This document shows positions 40,393 through 51,301 of a stretch of DNA of 64,000 nt, piece after piece (position 1 is the first letter of the stretch; each line of letters begins with the position of its first letter). A program made the position numbers and the translations under genes. Origin of the DNA: an uncultured Porphyromonadaceae bacterium. Lineage in GTDB: Bacteria > Bacteroidota > Bacteroidia > Bacteroidales > Coprobacteraceae. Below the pieces are notes generated by a model. The model was not told the DNA's origin and did no database searches. It saw only the letters and a list, made by a program, of their open reading frames with translations. The DNA is taken from assembly GCA_900545915.1 (NCBI GenBank), contig URAV01000003.1, positions 8,153 through 72,152 on the forward strand, in the 5' to 3' direction.

Positions 40393-43300
40393 ATGGAAAA
40401 CAATAGAGAATGTGAAGATCGGATGACGGTTAGACGTCCGTTCCGAATGAGTTTTTTTACTCTGATCTTCGTACTGATTCTTTCCTCTTTCCAAACATTA
40501 TCTGCACAAAATCGTAAGTTAGAAGGTGCAGTATTTGATGAGCAGGGGGAGCCGGTAATTGGGGCGACGATACGGGATTTGTCATCGAAACGGGCAACTA
40601 CGACTAACATCGATGGTAAGTTTACGATACAGATTCCTGAGAATGCCACAATTAATGTGACATATATCGGGTGTGTACCGCAGAACATTACGGTTAATTC
40701 TAAAACTACTTTTTTGAAAGTCACGTTGAAACCGAAAGTTCAGGAATTGGAAGAAACGGTTGTGACGGCTTTGGGTATTCGTCGTGATGCTAAATCTTTG
40801 ACTTATGGACGTCAAACCGTGAAAATGGATGATGAAATGACCCAGACTCGTGACGCGAACTTGTTGAATATGTTACAAGGTAAGGTTTCGGGGGTTCAGA
40901 TTATATCGGGAGGTGGTCCGGGTAGTTCGACTCGCGTAGTTATACGCGGTAATAACTCTATTACGGGTAATAACCAGCCACTTTATGTGATCGACGGTAT
41001 TCCTATTATGAATGATATGGGAGAAAATGGTGAACTCGATTATGGTAATGCTGCCGCCAATATCAATCCGGACGATATAGAAAGTATAGAAATCCTGAAA
41101 GGTGCGAATGCATCGGCTTTGTATGGATCTGACGGAGCGAACGGTGTTATTTTGATTACAACGAAAAAAGCGCAGGCCCGTGCAGGATGGGGTGTCTCAT
41201 TTTCTTCCAATGTCCAGTTGAGTCGTTTGTATCAATATCCGGCTTATCAGAATATTTACGGTTCTGGTATGAATGCCGAGATTAACATGAACGCTTTGAA
41301 CATGACGGGCCGGAATGGATTGAATACGACTTATAATCCGGATCTGCCTTGGGGGATATTTAATTTGACTTCTCAGGATGCCAGTGACCGTAGCTACGGT
41401 TTACCTATGTTGGGCTTTCCGATTATCGGACGTGGAGGAGAACTTCGTACTTACTCTCCGAATAAAAATAATATTTCGGATCTTTATAAAACAGGTATTG
41501 CTTGGACGAATTCTTTGTCTTTCGATAAAGTGACCGATAAAGCTTCAGTTCGTTTTTCTTATACTGTACTAACAGCGAATGATGTCGTTAAAGATTGGAA
41601 CGAACGCACTCGTCATTCATTCAATTTGCGTACGCAATCTAAGTTGACCGATCGTTTGACAGCCGATGTCAACGCAAGTTATACATACGATGCTATGGAT
41701 AATCGTGGTTATCGTAATTCATCGAGTCGCAATCCGCTATATATATTGGGAAATTTACCTCGTGATACTTCGATCGAAGAGTTGATTCCTTGGAAAGACG
41801 GAGAAGGAAAGCCATATAACTTGAATGGTGGATTTACTAACCCGTATTGGTTGTTATACGAATTGCCGAACCATGATACGAAACATTGGTTTATGGGGAA
41901 TATCACATTGAATTACCGTATTTTGAATTTCTTGAATTTCCGATTGCGTATTGCTACCGATTTACAGACAGCAAGAGGATGGGAATATACCAACATGTAT
42001 AGTCAGTTCGATACAGACGGTCAGTTCAAAGAGTTTTCTCAAATGGCTCAGAATAACAATATCGAGGCGATGCTGAATTTTAATAAACGTTTTAAGAAAG
42101 ATTGGAATCTAACTGCATCGTTGGGTTATTCATGGCAGAATCGGAGAAATGAGCGTACAAATTTGACTGTAGGTACGACTTCTCAACCGGATATGCCGAG
42201 TTTGGCGAATAATGGAGCTATTTTGGTCGGAAACGACAGTTATGATGGTAAAGAGAAGGTTTCTGCATTCGCGATGGCCAATGTCGGATATAAAGATATG
42301 GTCTATTTAGACGGAACAATACGTAATGACTGGTCTTCTACTTTGTCTCCCGGAAATAATTCTTATTTCTATTGGTCAACGGGATTGAGTTTTATATTGA
42401 CTCAGGCTTTTGATATTCCTAAAGAGATATTGACATTCGGAAAATTGCGCGGATCTGTCGCTACAGTCGGTAATGATGCTCCGTTCGATTCATTATACGA
42501 CGGTTTGAATCTTTCGAGTACATACTTGGGGATGCCTTATTATATGACTGATAATATTCGTAAAAACCCTAATTTGAAACCCGAACAGACCACATCTTAT
42601 GAGGTAGGAGCTGATTTCCGTTTTTGGAACAATAGGATCTCTGTCGATTTTACTTATTATTGGAAAAGTACGACAGATCAGATCATGCGGGCGAGTGTAT
42701 CTTCTGCGTCAGGTTATAAAGAACGTTATGTGAATGCCGGTGAGATTCAAAATCGCGGTGCTGAGTTAACGGCTTCTATTACTCCGGTAAAAACGAAAAA
42801 TTTTGAATGGACTACAATCTTCAACTGGTCGAAAAATAATTCGAAAGTCGTTTCTCTGACTCCGGGGGTAGATCGTTATCAGGTGCGTGCTGCCGGAGCA
42901 GACGGTTGTATCAGTTATGTTGAAGTGGGTAAACCCTATGGTCAGATGTATGGTACGGATTGGCAACGAGATGCTGCCGGCAATGTTATTGCCGATGTAT
43001 CTGGTAAACCGCTTGAACAGAAAGATGTGTATATCGGTTGTGTTGAACCGGATTTCTTAGGGGGCTGGAAAAACCAGTTTAGATATAAAGGTTTTGATTT
43101 CTCATTCTTATTTGATTTTAAAAAAGGCGGATTGTTCTATTCTGAGACTGCTTATAAAGCAAATAATATGGGTAATAGTATAAAGTCTTTAGAAGGCCGT
43201 GATGAATATTTTTTCTCCAAATGGGTATTGGATGAAAGTGATCAAGAACGTGCCGGTTATTTGAGACCTACCGATGTTCCTTTTCCGGCCGATGCTCAGG

Positions 43301-43722
43301 CTAATCGTGTTCCGTACATGGATGGCTCTCGGCCTAAAGGAGTATATTTCCCCGGACGTGTATTTGAAGCAAGTATCGAAGGTTTGGGCGGACAGCCGGT
43401 TGTTAATGACTGGGTGAAACCGGATGTAATGTTCTGTCACATATCCGGACGTAATGCCAAGATGAACACTTATGATGCTACCTATGTGAAATTGCGCGAA
43501 GTAGCTTTAGGATACACTTTCCCGAAAAAGCTTTTACGGAAAACTCCTTTCCAGAGTTTGCGTTTATCTGCTGTCGGTCGTAATCTTGCTATTCTTTTCC
43601 AGAATACTCCGCAAGGAATTGATCCTGAAGCGACTTCTACGACTGGGAATGGTCAAGGTTTTGAACAAGGCTATCCATTGCCTACTGCAACTTATGGTTT
43701 TGACTTGAAAGTAACTTTCTAA
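40393..43722 (+). CDS. SusC/RagA-family TonB-linked outer membrane protein
   Basis: Carboxypeptidase-regulatory-like N-domain (LEGAVFDEQGEPVIGATI), TonB-dependent receptor plug and barrel, C-terminal ...GFDLKVTF; 1109 aa. Confidence 0.9.
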   Translation: MENNRECEDRMTVRRPFRMSFFTLIFVLILSSFQTLSAQNRKLEGAVFDEQGEPVIGATIRDLSSKRATTTNIDGKFTIQIPENATINVTYIGCVPQNITVNSKTTFLKVTLKPKVQELEETVVTALGIRRDAKSLTYGRQTVKMDDEMTQTRDANLLNMLQGKVSGVQIISGGGPGSSTRVVIRGNNSITGNNQPLYVIDGIPIMNDMGENGELDYGNAAANINPDDIESIEILKGANASALYGSDGANGVILITTKKAQARAGWGVSFSSNVQLSRLYQYPAYQNIYGSGMNAEINMNALNMTGRNGLNTTYNPDLPWGIFNLTSQDASDRSYGLPMLGFPIIGRGGELRTYSPNKNNISDLYKTGIAWTNSLSFDKVTDKASVRFSYTVLTANDVVKDWNERTRHSFNLRTQSKLTDRLTADVNASYTYDAMDNRGYRNSSSRNPLYILGNLPRDTSIEELIPWKDGEGKPYNLNGGFTNPYWLLYELPNHDTKHWFMGNITLNYRILNFLNFRLRIATDLQTARGWEYTNMYSQFDTDGQFKEFSQMAQNNNIEAMLNFNKRFKKDWNLTASLGYSWQNRRNERTNLTVGTTSQPDMPSLANNGAILVGNDSYDGKEKVSAFAMANVGYKDMVYLDGTIRNDWSSTLSPGNNSYFYWSTGLSFILTQAFDIPKEILTFGKLRGSVATVGNDAPFDSLYDGLNLSSTYLGMPYYMTDNIRKNPNLKPEQTTSYEVGADFRFWNNRISVDFTYYWKSTTDQIMRASVSSASGYKERYVNAGEIQNRGAELTASITPVKTKNFEWTTIFNWSKNNSKVVSLTPGVDRYQVRAAGADGCISYVEVGKPYGQMYGTDWQRDAAGNVIADVSGKPLEQKDVYIGCVEPDFLGGWKNQFRYKGFDFSFLFDFKKGGLFYSETAYKANNMGNSIKSLEGRDEYFFSKWVLDESDQERAGYLRPTDVPFPADAQANRVPYMDGSRPKGVYFPGRVFEASIEGLGGQPVVNDWVKPDVMFCHISGRNAKMNTYDATYVKLREVALGYTFPKKLLRKTPFQSLRLSAVGRNLAILFQNTPQGIDPEATSTTGNGQGFEQGYPLPTATYGFDLKVTF

Positions 43723-43731
43723 AATATAGAG

Positions 43732-45678
43732 ATGAATATGAAAAAAATAATGTATTTATTAGCCGGACTCTTGCTTTTTACAGGAATTACTTCTTGTGAA
43801 GACCGTTTTGAGGAAGCTAATACAAATCCTAATAAAATATATAATGTTCGCTTGCAGGATGTGTTTCCGGGGACGATTTACAAGAGCCTTGATTGTATGG
43901 CGGAGCTGAATTATAACTACTTTATGTGGTTTTCCCGCTATTCGTTCCTTACTTTCAGAGGCCCGAGCGATAAAGATAACACGAGCGGTGCATTTACTAA
44001 AATGTATGTTGATATTTTGAAAAATCTGCAAATTGGTATCGATAAGGAAAAAAATATACCGGAGGCTATAAATAGAGTGCAGATCGCTCAAATCTGGAAA
44101 GCATACGTATATTACTTCATGGCCTCTTCTTTCGGTCCTATGCCTATGCAGGATGCTTTGAATGCCGATTTAAATGAGTTCCGGTATGATTCTGAAGCTT
44201 CGATTTATACAGAAGTGCTGAATATGCTCGATGACGCGATTAGTAAAATCGATTTGAATAAAGGCGGTTTTGAAAAAGATCCGGTATATTATGCTTCTGG
44301 AAATGAAAGCGATATGACTCGTTGGTTGAAATTCGCCAATACGTTGCGCCTTGAAGTGGCTATGAATACACAAAGTGCAATTCCCGAACGTTCGTTTCAG
44401 GCTATTCAGGCAAGTATGGGACGGGAAGATCTGTTGATGTCGACGGTAGAAGACAATATGTGTCCGAGATGGGGAACTCAGAAAGATGTCGATGTATCTT
44501 GGTATTATACTCGTTTTTTGAAAGAACTTGATACAAAGCCGAATAATATCGATTCTTATCCGAATGTCAACCTCTACTTCTTTATTTGGCTGAGATCTTT
44601 CAATGACCCGCGTTTGGAAGCATATTGTCAGAAAACGTTTGATTTTGAAGATCGTTTTGAAGTACGGGATACATTGTTTCGTCAAAGTGTAATTGAGGGA
44701 CATGAATTGATGATGGACTCTATGATTGTTACTTACAAAGTTCCGTATTGTCCTCGTGAAGAATATTCTCCGGTTACGACAGGTGCGTGGGAAGTAGGTA
44801 CTTATGACGGTGTCAATAAAATTCCAAGCCCGTTCTCAAGTGCCAATGTTAGTAGAGATACTTATTCGAAGGTCGCTTATGATCTTGTTAAAATGGATGC
44901 ATTTCATCCGATTTTGACAGCGGCAGATGCTAACTTTCTTGCTGCCGAGGCTAAAATTAAATATGGATTGGGCGCGAAATCTGCTGAAGATTATTATAAA
45001 GCAGGTATTATTGCGTCGTTTGATCAATGGGGAGTATCGGGCGCTTCCGATTATTATGAACAGGATGGAGTGAAATGGAATACGAACGGAGAAGGTATAT
45101 ATGATTATCAGGGTATTTACAAGGTTGAAGTTAATGGAGAAGGCGGTGATGAAAATCACTTAGAGCAGATATGGAAACAACGTTATTTGGCTGATTTCTT
45201 TAATGGCCATGCTGCGTGGACTTTGGAGCGTCGTACAAGGGTGATGAACTATCCTCCTTATTTCTATGCTTCTGTTAATAATTTGCCGGAAGGTTCGAAA
45301 ACGACTTATGATTATATTCCGGAACGATTGGTTTATCCGACAGAAGAACTTACTAAAAATAAGGTGCAATATTATAAGGCTATCGATTTGTTGCAAGCCA
45401 ATTCACCGCAGTCATCACCTATTTATCATTGGGGAGATAACTTTTTCACTTTATTGCAATTTGCAAAAACATTCGATACTGCAGCCGGAGATGCAAAATG
45501 GGCAAGGGGTACAGTTGTATACAGCTCTAAATTTGCTCAAAAATGGTATGGTAAAGATTGGGATCATTTCTTGGAGGGTGTAAAGAAAGAATTTCCGGCA
45601 ATCAAAGATACTACGGAATTTGGCAAGTATATCGATATGAAGGTGATTAAACAAGTTGAGTTTACACCCTATTGGTAA
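43732..45678 (+). CDS. SusD/RagB-family nutrient-binding outer membrane lipoprotein
   Basis: Lipoprotein signal (GITSCEDRF); TPR-like helical SusD layout; 9 bp after the SusC stop. Confidence 0.85.
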   Translation: MNMKKIMYLLAGLLLFTGITSCEDRFEEANTNPNKIYNVRLQDVFPGTIYKSLDCMAELNYNYFMWFSRYSFLTFRGPSDKDNTSGAFTKMYVDILKNLQIGIDKEKNIPEAINRVQIAQIWKAYVYYFMASSFGPMPMQDALNADLNEFRYDSEASIYTEVLNMLDDAISKIDLNKGGFEKDPVYYASGNESDMTRWLKFANTLRLEVAMNTQSAIPERSFQAIQASMGREDLLMSTVEDNMCPRWGTQKDVDVSWYYTRFLKELDTKPNNIDSYPNVNLYFFIWLRSFNDPRLEAYCQKTFDFEDRFEVRDTLFRQSVIEGHELMMDSMIVTYKVPYCPREEYSPVTTGAWEVGTYDGVNKIPSPFSSANVSRDTYSKVAYDLVKMDAFHPILTAADANFLAAEAKIKYGLGAKSAEDYYKAGIIASFDQWGVSGASDYYEQDGVKWNTNGEGIYDYQGIYKVEVNGEGGDENHLEQIWKQRYLADFFNGHAAWTLERRTRVMNYPPYFYASVNNLPEGSKTTYDYIPERLVYPTEELTKNKVQYYKAIDLLQANSPQSSPIYHWGDNFFTLLQFAKTFDTAAGDAKWARGTVVYSSKFAQKWYGKDWDHFLEGVKKEFPAIKDTTEFGKYIDMKVIKQVEFTPYW

Positions 45679-45718
45679 TAATATTTGTATAAGTTAGAAC
45701 ACATAAAATCAATATAGA

Positions 45719-47041
45719 ATGAAACGAAATAGTAAAATAGGATTGTATCTCTGTGCCGGATTATTGATGTTTTCTTCTTGTGCGAAGGATGACGGACCCA
45801 GTATAGATGATTATTTTCTGAATTATGAAATTCCTGATGTTGAGCCGCCTGCCGGTCTGCAGTTAGGAGCTTATTATATGAATTTGGGTAGCGGTGGTCT
45901 TAATGCGGAAAAATATGCGCGGTTGAAACAACCTTTAGATTATGCCAACTCTATTTTAGGAGCGAATGTCATACCGATGTTGTCTTCTGTGAATTATCCG
46001 GAGGAAGGATCTAAAGCCACAGATGCTCCTTATCCGATGAACCCGAATAATGAGGAGTTTATCGCTATAGCTCAGCAGCAAGTAGATTGGGCATTACAGG
46101 CGGGACTGGACTTTTTCATTTTACCGAATTGCAATACTTCGATGGGTAAATATCCTAATGTGTTAGGAGATACTGCATTTGTTAACGTGGTGACAGGACG
46201 TCGTGATGTAACCGGAAAGGCGGCGAATGATCCGGCTTGTGGTGCTCTTGTCGATTTAAAGGGACTGAAATACGTGATTTCGGTGAATATGAATAATTTT
46301 AATAATCAACCGACAGCTTTAAAAGCTGAAGAAGGAGGGCGTGTTGAGGAGGTGCAAGATGTGGTTTCTACTCGTCCTTTGAAGTATCAAACACGGCTTC
46401 AGCGTTTTAATGATATCTTCAAGCGCATTGCCGATTATTTTAGCGATCCTAATTATTTTAAAGTTGACGGGAAGCCGATGGTCGTTATTATTGCCGCTGA
46501 TAAAACTCATTCTTTAGATAGTAAGAAGCTATATGCCGATATGAGGGCTTATGTGAAAGAAGAAAGAGGGTATGATATGTTCTTGGTCGCTCGTCAGGGT
46601 GCTTTTACTCCTCCGGGACGTTATCAATATTATTTTGTAGGTAATGTAGATGCGTTGTGTTGTGAAACGATGTATAAACAGACCAATTATAACCGTTCGC
46701 AGATGTACCCGCAACTGATAGACCAGAACTGGGCTTATTTCCAGAGTTTCTTGTCCAGCAACTTCGGGCACGAATTTATTCCGACAGTTTCTCCTGCATT
46801 TAATTGGTATGTAGAGAATCTGCAAAATTATGCTCAGTACCCGTTGGTTGTTCGCAACAAAGATACGTTTAAGACTTTATGTAATGTGGCCAAACGTAAT
46901 TTAGGTAAACATCCTATCGTATTTGTCGATTCGTTTAACGATTGGAATACCAATACGGCAATAGAGCCTACCGATCCGGCTTACGGTGATGGTTATGGAA
47001 CAGAATATCTTGATTTCGTAAGGGCACAGTTTAAGAGATAA
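45719..47041 (+). CDS. surface lipoprotein distantly related to the GH99-like paralogs but with the ExxE pair replaced (DWNT); candidate non-catalytic glycan-binding protein of the SusC/SusD locus
   Basis: Lipoprotein signal (LMFSSCAKDD). C-terminal FVDSFNDWNTNTAIEPT aligns with YVAMFDEIDEGTAIFKC of the GH99-like proteins. Sits in the SusE/F position after SusD. Confidence 0.35.
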   Translation: MKRNSKIGLYLCAGLLMFSSCAKDDGPSIDDYFLNYEIPDVEPPAGLQLGAYYMNLGSGGLNAEKYARLKQPLDYANSILGANVIPMLSSVNYPEEGSKATDAPYPMNPNNEEFIAIAQQQVDWALQAGLDFFILPNCNTSMGKYPNVLGDTAFVNVVTGRRDVTGKAANDPACGALVDLKGLKYVISVNMNNFNNQPTALKAEEGGRVEEVQDVVSTRPLKYQTRLQRFNDIFKRIADYFSDPNYFKVDGKPMVVIIAADKTHSLDSKKLYADMRAYVKEERGYDMFLVARQGAFTPPGRYQYYFVGNVDALCCETMYKQTNYNRSQMYPQLIDQNWAYFQSFLSSNFGHEFIPTVSPAFNWYVENLQNYAQYPLVVRNKDTFKTLCNVAKRNLGKHPIVFVDSFNDWNTNTAIEPTDPAYGDGYGTEYLDFVRAQFKR

Positions 47042-47148
47042 ATAAGTGTATATGTTTTGAGAAAAATGCGGAGGATATTTTTATTCTCCGTATTTTTTAT
47101 GACCTGACCGATCGTTTAAAGAAATGGAATAACAGGCTTTTAATATAT

Positions 47149-47191
47149 AAAAACGAGCCTTATTTCAGTTAAAAAAATAAGGCTCGTTTTT
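47149..47191. terminator. bidirectional terminator (AAAAACGAGCCTTA ... TAAGGCTCGTTTTT) between convergent genes
   Basis: 14-bp perfect inverted repeat flanked by A-run and T-run. Confidence 0.7.
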
Positions 47192-47210
47192 ATATAAAGA
47201 ATAATATTCT

Positions 47211-48854
47211 TTATGCTTGTTCCAATTTCAAAGTTTCTGTAGGCTGGTCGCAAACTTCTGTCGGTCCGAAGTATTGGATCGGTCCGGGATAAACATAGCA
47301 GGTCTCTTTAGCCCATTGTTCGCGCTGTGCTACAAAGTGTTTAAAAGGTGCGCCATCCAATTTTACTAATGCTTTTTGTATAACCGGTTTCATTTCTCCG
47401 TGGCGACGTTCCATATTCATCATCATGGTTACAGGAACACCGCCTGCAATCCATTGATCTGCAGGTTTGGTAGTATTACGTACCGAAGACATGTATCCGG
47501 TCTTGCCCTCACCGATCAACATTGCTGCTGTGTATCCTAATGAATAGCAATAGTCGGCATCGAAGTTAGAAGGAGCAGCACAACGGCCTTCATATCCGAA
47601 GAAATGATGTTGAGCAGCGAATTTACCGCTGTATTTGCCTTCCGCTTTCCATTCGGCCAATTTTTTACCGACCATTTCTGAAAGCAATTTCTCAGTTTCG
47701 ATCAATGATACTTGAACATTTCCGTGAGGATCGCGGTCTAAAGACAGTTGGCGGGCAACCCCTTCGGGAAGGCTTGCATAAATAGCCGAATTTTCGGGAG
47801 AAAGGTGATTGATAATATAATTTCGTTGTTCGGATTTTTTAATCATAGCAAATTCATTGCTATTGTGTGCAAGGAAGTCGTTCAGTTCGGCGATAAGTCT
47901 TTTCATTGCCGGGATAAATTCGATCAATCCTTCTGGGATGAGAACAGTTCCGAAATTATTACCTTTTGCTGCACGGTCGGCAACGATCTTTGCAATATAT
48001 GTCACAACATCGTCTAATGACATGTTTTTGGCTTCTACTTCTTCCGAGATGATGCAGATATTCGGTTGAGTCTGTAATGCGCATTCCAATGCAATATGAG
48101 AAGCCGAACGCCCCATCAATTTAATAAAATGCCAATATTTTTTTGCAGAGTTGCAGTCACGTTGGATGTTTCCGATAACTTCGGAATAAACTTTACAAGC
48201 CGTATCGAATCCGAAAGAAGTTTCTATCATTTCGTTTTTGAGGTCTCCATCGATTGTTTTGGGGCAACCGATTACCTGTACACCCGTATTGTTTTTTTTG
48301 TAGTATTCTGCCAATACGCAAGCATTAGTATTGGAATCATCCCCTCCAATAATAACGAGGGCCTTGATATTTAATTCTTTAATAATTTGTAAACCTTTAT
48401 CGAATTGATCTTCTGTTTCGAGTTTTGTACGGCCTGAACCGATAATGTCGAAACCTCCGGTATTCCGATATTCATCGATAATATCTTGGGTCAGTTCGAT
48501 ATATTTGTGATCGACGAGACCTCCCGGTCCTAATAAAAATCCATATAAGCGGGAGTCTTTGTTCAGCGCTTTTAATCCGTCGAAAAGGCCGGCAATTACA
48601 TTGTGACCGCCGGGAGCTTGTCCGCCCGAAAGTATAACTCCTGCATTAATTGCCGGATAATTTTTTACTTCGTTACTTTCTATGAATGATAATACCGGCA
48701 TTCCGTAAGTATTGGGGAATAATTTCGCAATAGCATCTTGGTCAGCTACAGACTGGGTCGGAGCTCCTTCTTGGATTTTGAGAGACCCTTTAAGCGCTTT
48801 AGGCAACTTCGGTTGATAAGCTGCACGAGCTATTTGCAGAGCACTTTTTTTCAT
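47211..48854 (-). CDS. pfp: pyrophosphate-dependent 6-phosphofructokinase (diphosphate--fructose-6-phosphate 1-phosphotransferase), long form
   Basis: [17 protein letters not shown] and [15 protein letters not shown] motifs. The ORF track starts at a TTG (48899); the in-frame ATG ([14 protein letters not shown]) at 48854 is the likelier start. Confidence 0.85.
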   Translation of the reverse strand: MKKSALQIARAAYQPKLPKALKGSLKIQEGAPTQSVADQDAIAKLFPNTYGMPVLSFIESNEVKNYPAINAGVILSGGQAPGGHNVIAGLFDGLKALNKDSRLYGFLLGPGGLVDHKYIELTQDIIDEYRNTGGFDIIGSGRTKLETEDQFDKGLQIIKELNIKALVIIGGDDSNTNACVLAEYYKKNNTGVQVIGCPKTIDGDLKNEMIETSFGFDTACKVYSEVIGNIQRDCNSAKKYWHFIKLMGRSASHIALECALQTQPNICIISEEVEAKNMSLDDVVTYIAKIVADRAAKGNNFGTVLIPEGLIEFIPAMKRLIAELNDFLAHNSNEFAMIKKSEQRNYIINHLSPENSAIYASLPEGVARQLSLDRDPHGNVQVSLIETEKLLSEMVGKKLAEWKAEGKYSGKFAAQHHFFGYEGRCAAPSNFDADYCYSLGYTAAMLIGEGKTGYMSSVRNTTKPADQWIAGGVPVTMMMNMERRHGEMKPVIQKALVKLDGAPFKHFVAQREQWAKETCYVYPGPIQYFGPTEVCDQPTETLKLEQA

Positions 48855-49048
48855 TGTAATTGAGAATTTATTTGTGTTAATAATTAAAACTACTGTCAAT
48901 CTTACAAAAGCGACACAAATTTCGTCAAATTTTTTCAGAATGCAAAAAGAGCTTTTATCAATTTGACAAAAAATAAAAATGAAATCGATTGCACATCGTA
49001 TGGATATGTAACCGTTTTAATAATGGATATGAGAGATGCCGTTGAAAT

Positions 49049-50359
49049 TTATCGGTTATTTTTTCCGATGCTGAACGTATATCCGATAGAGAGGCTGAAT
49101 TGTGTCCGTAATTCCATCGGCCTGTCTATACTTTCGGTAAATGGGAGATAAGTGTTTATCTTTATGGGAATTTGATACTTTTCTTTGTTTATGGATATTC
49201 CGACTGAAGCAATTATCCCGACAATGTAGTGGGGATATTCCATTGAATTGATATTGTGTCCTAACTCTCGTACAGATATGTCGAGTTTGTTTTTTACCGG
49301 AATATATACTTGTTGATAGAGCCCTATTTCAAGTAAAGGTTGTATTTTCTTTTTGGCCATCAATCTGCCTTCTACACTGATTTGATTATATATCCCTAAA
49401 GTACGGAATAAATAATGGTATTCTATATCGTGATATGTTTTTGGTCCTGTAACGTTTCCTTCATTATCTGTGAATTCATATCCGGGATGATAAAATATTT
49501 TGTTGTAATAGGTGTTTTTTTTAGCATTCAGATAGAATAGACCAAGTGCGACATTTAATCGAAGCCTGTCTGTGAATTTATTGAGGCTATGGCTATATGT
49601 CACTCCGACATGTACCATGGGACAGAGAAAATTTTCTTGCTCTGGATCGAGTATATCTGTTGCTCGTCTTTTTTGAAATCCGAAACTTGTGAAACAAGTC
49701 AAAAATTGAGAAGGTCTTTTATGGGGTTCTTTATATATGACACAATCTTTGTCTGTACATACGAGGTCATGGTATTTTTTGAACAAAGCGATCATCTTAT
49801 CTCGGTTATAACTTGATTTAGGTATATCGTTTTTCAATTTCTCTATTTGATTTATAAAAAGGCTGGTCAATTTCTTGTCGTTTCGTTTCGATTCCAGTTG
49901 GTCGTTGAAAATATCAGTCGGACAGATTATTTCAACCCAACTGTCTTCTTCCGGGATTTCGGCTAAGAATGCTGTGACGATAGGCCCGAATGATTTTCGA
50001 TCATCCATTTCTTTCGAATAATCTATTTGTGCGCAATATAAATTGATAATTCCTTCCAATAAACATTCTACGAAATATTTTCCGTTGAGATGTGATGTTT
50101 TTATATTTTTACTTTGAAAACATAGTCCGTCATCGTATCGATATGAGATCAATTCGTTCGGAGTATAGTTAAATTCTGGAGATCGCATGTCTTTTTTAAA
50201 CAAGCATTTTTCTTGATCTTCCATGCTTTTTCGATAGGCGATATATCCTTCTATTGTGTCGTTTTGAGTAGTGACAACATATCCCGGTTTCCACTCTTTA
50301 TTCGCTGCGAATAAAATCTCGGGAATGAAAATTAGCAGAACTGAAATTAATTTTTTCAT
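49049..50359 (-). CDS. hypothetical secreted protein; C-terminal half has amphipathic beta-strand periodicity suggestive of an outer-membrane beta-barrel
   Basis: Signal peptide (LIFIPEILFAAN); alternating hydrophobic pattern in the last about 200 aa; no recognised motif. Confidence 0.3.
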   Translation of the reverse strand: MKKLISVLLIFIPEILFAANKEWKPGYVVTTQNDTIEGYIAYRKSMEDQEKCLFKKDMRSPEFNYTPNELISYRYDDGLCFQSKNIKTSHLNGKYFVECLLEGIINLYCAQIDYSKEMDDRKSFGPIVTAFLAEIPEEDSWVEIICPTDIFNDQLESKRNDKKLTSLFINQIEKLKNDIPKSSYNRDKMIALFKKYHDLVCTDKDCVIYKEPHKRPSQFLTCFTSFGFQKRRATDILDPEQENFLCPMVHVGVTYSHSLNKFTDRLRLNVALGLFYLNAKKNTYYNKIFYHPGYEFTDNEGNVTGPKTYHDIEYHYLFRTLGIYNQISVEGRLMAKKKIQPLLEIGLYQQVYIPVKNKLDISVRELGHNINSMEYPHYIVGIIASVGISINKEKYQIPIKINTYLPFTESIDRPMELRTQFSLSIGYTFSIGKNNR

Positions 50360-50581
50360 GATGTAGTTAGTGTGTGAATAGTAATGTGAATATAATACAA
50401 ATGTAGAAAAATTTTGTGTTTACTCGATAACATTTATTTTAAATTTTAATGATGACATTAAATTGATGTCAATTGCTCTGATTTTTCTTCAAGTATATAT
50501 GTTGTTAAAATCGGGAAAAGTTCTAACTTTGCGGTGCTTATTAATGGCTTTAAATTTTATAAATAAAAAGAGCGAATTATT

Positions 50582-51283
50582 ATGATCTATTCACACGAAG
50601 TAGAACACATGTGTGTTGTAAAAAAAGGACCTAATCATGGTCCGGCTCCTATACCTGAAGAAGGTAGATGGGTAAAAGCCAAAGAAGTGATTGATATTTC
50701 AGGCTTGACTCATGGTGTGGGGTGGTGTGCTCCGCAACAAGGTGCGTGTAAACTGACTTTGAATGTAAAAGATGGTGTAATCCAAGAAGCCTTGGTAGAA
50801 ACTATCGGCTGTTCGGGGATGACTCATTCGGCAGCTATGGCTTCTGAAATTCTTCCCGGAAAGACTATTCTTGAGGCGTTGAATACCGACCTTGTATGTG
50901 ACGCTATCAATACGGCTATGCGTGAACTTTTCTTGCAAATTGTTTACGGACGCACTCAGTCAGCTTTCTCTGAAGGCGGTTTGATGATCGGAGCGGGCTT
51001 AGAAGATCTTGGTAAGGGTCTGCGTAGTCAGGTAGGTACTCTGTATGGTACTTTGGCAAAAGGCCCTCGTTATCTCGAAATGGCGGAAGGTTATATTAAA
51101 ACTATCGCTCTCGATAAGAACGATGAGATTTGCGGATATGAATTTGTTCACCTCGGAAAATTCATGGATGAGATTAAGAAAGGTACGGATGCCAATGAAG
51201 CTTTGAAGAAAGTAACCGGTACTTACGGACGTTTCACTGAAGAACAGGGTGCAGTTAAACATATTGATCCACGTCACGAATAA
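50582..51283 (+). CDS. NifU/IscU N-terminal-like Fe-S scaffold-domain protein (partner of the GGGtGRT protein)
   Basis: VGWCAPQQGACKLTLNV / ETIGCSGMTHSAAMASE / DLVCDAINTA align with the three Cys regions of IscU (GAPACGDVMKL / GCGSAIASSS / HCSILAEDAI). Confidence 0.55.
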   Translation: MIYSHEVEHMCVVKKGPNHGPAPIPEEGRWVKAKEVIDISGLTHGVGWCAPQQGACKLTLNVKDGVIQEALVETIGCSGMTHSAAMASEILPGKTILEALNTDLVCDAINTAMRELFLQIVYGRTQSAFSEGGLMIGAGLEDLGKGLRSQVGTLYGTLAKGPRYLEMAEGYIKTIALDKNDEICGYEFVHLGKFMDEIKKGTDANEALKKVTGTYGRFTEEQGAVKHIDPRHE

Positions 51284-51301
51284 TATAAGGAGGAACAGAT
51301 A

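Noticed and set aside
44170-45654. Multiple minus- and plus-strand ORFs inside the SusD gene
   Set aside because: Overlap a well-supported SusD CDS in other frames; no independent support.
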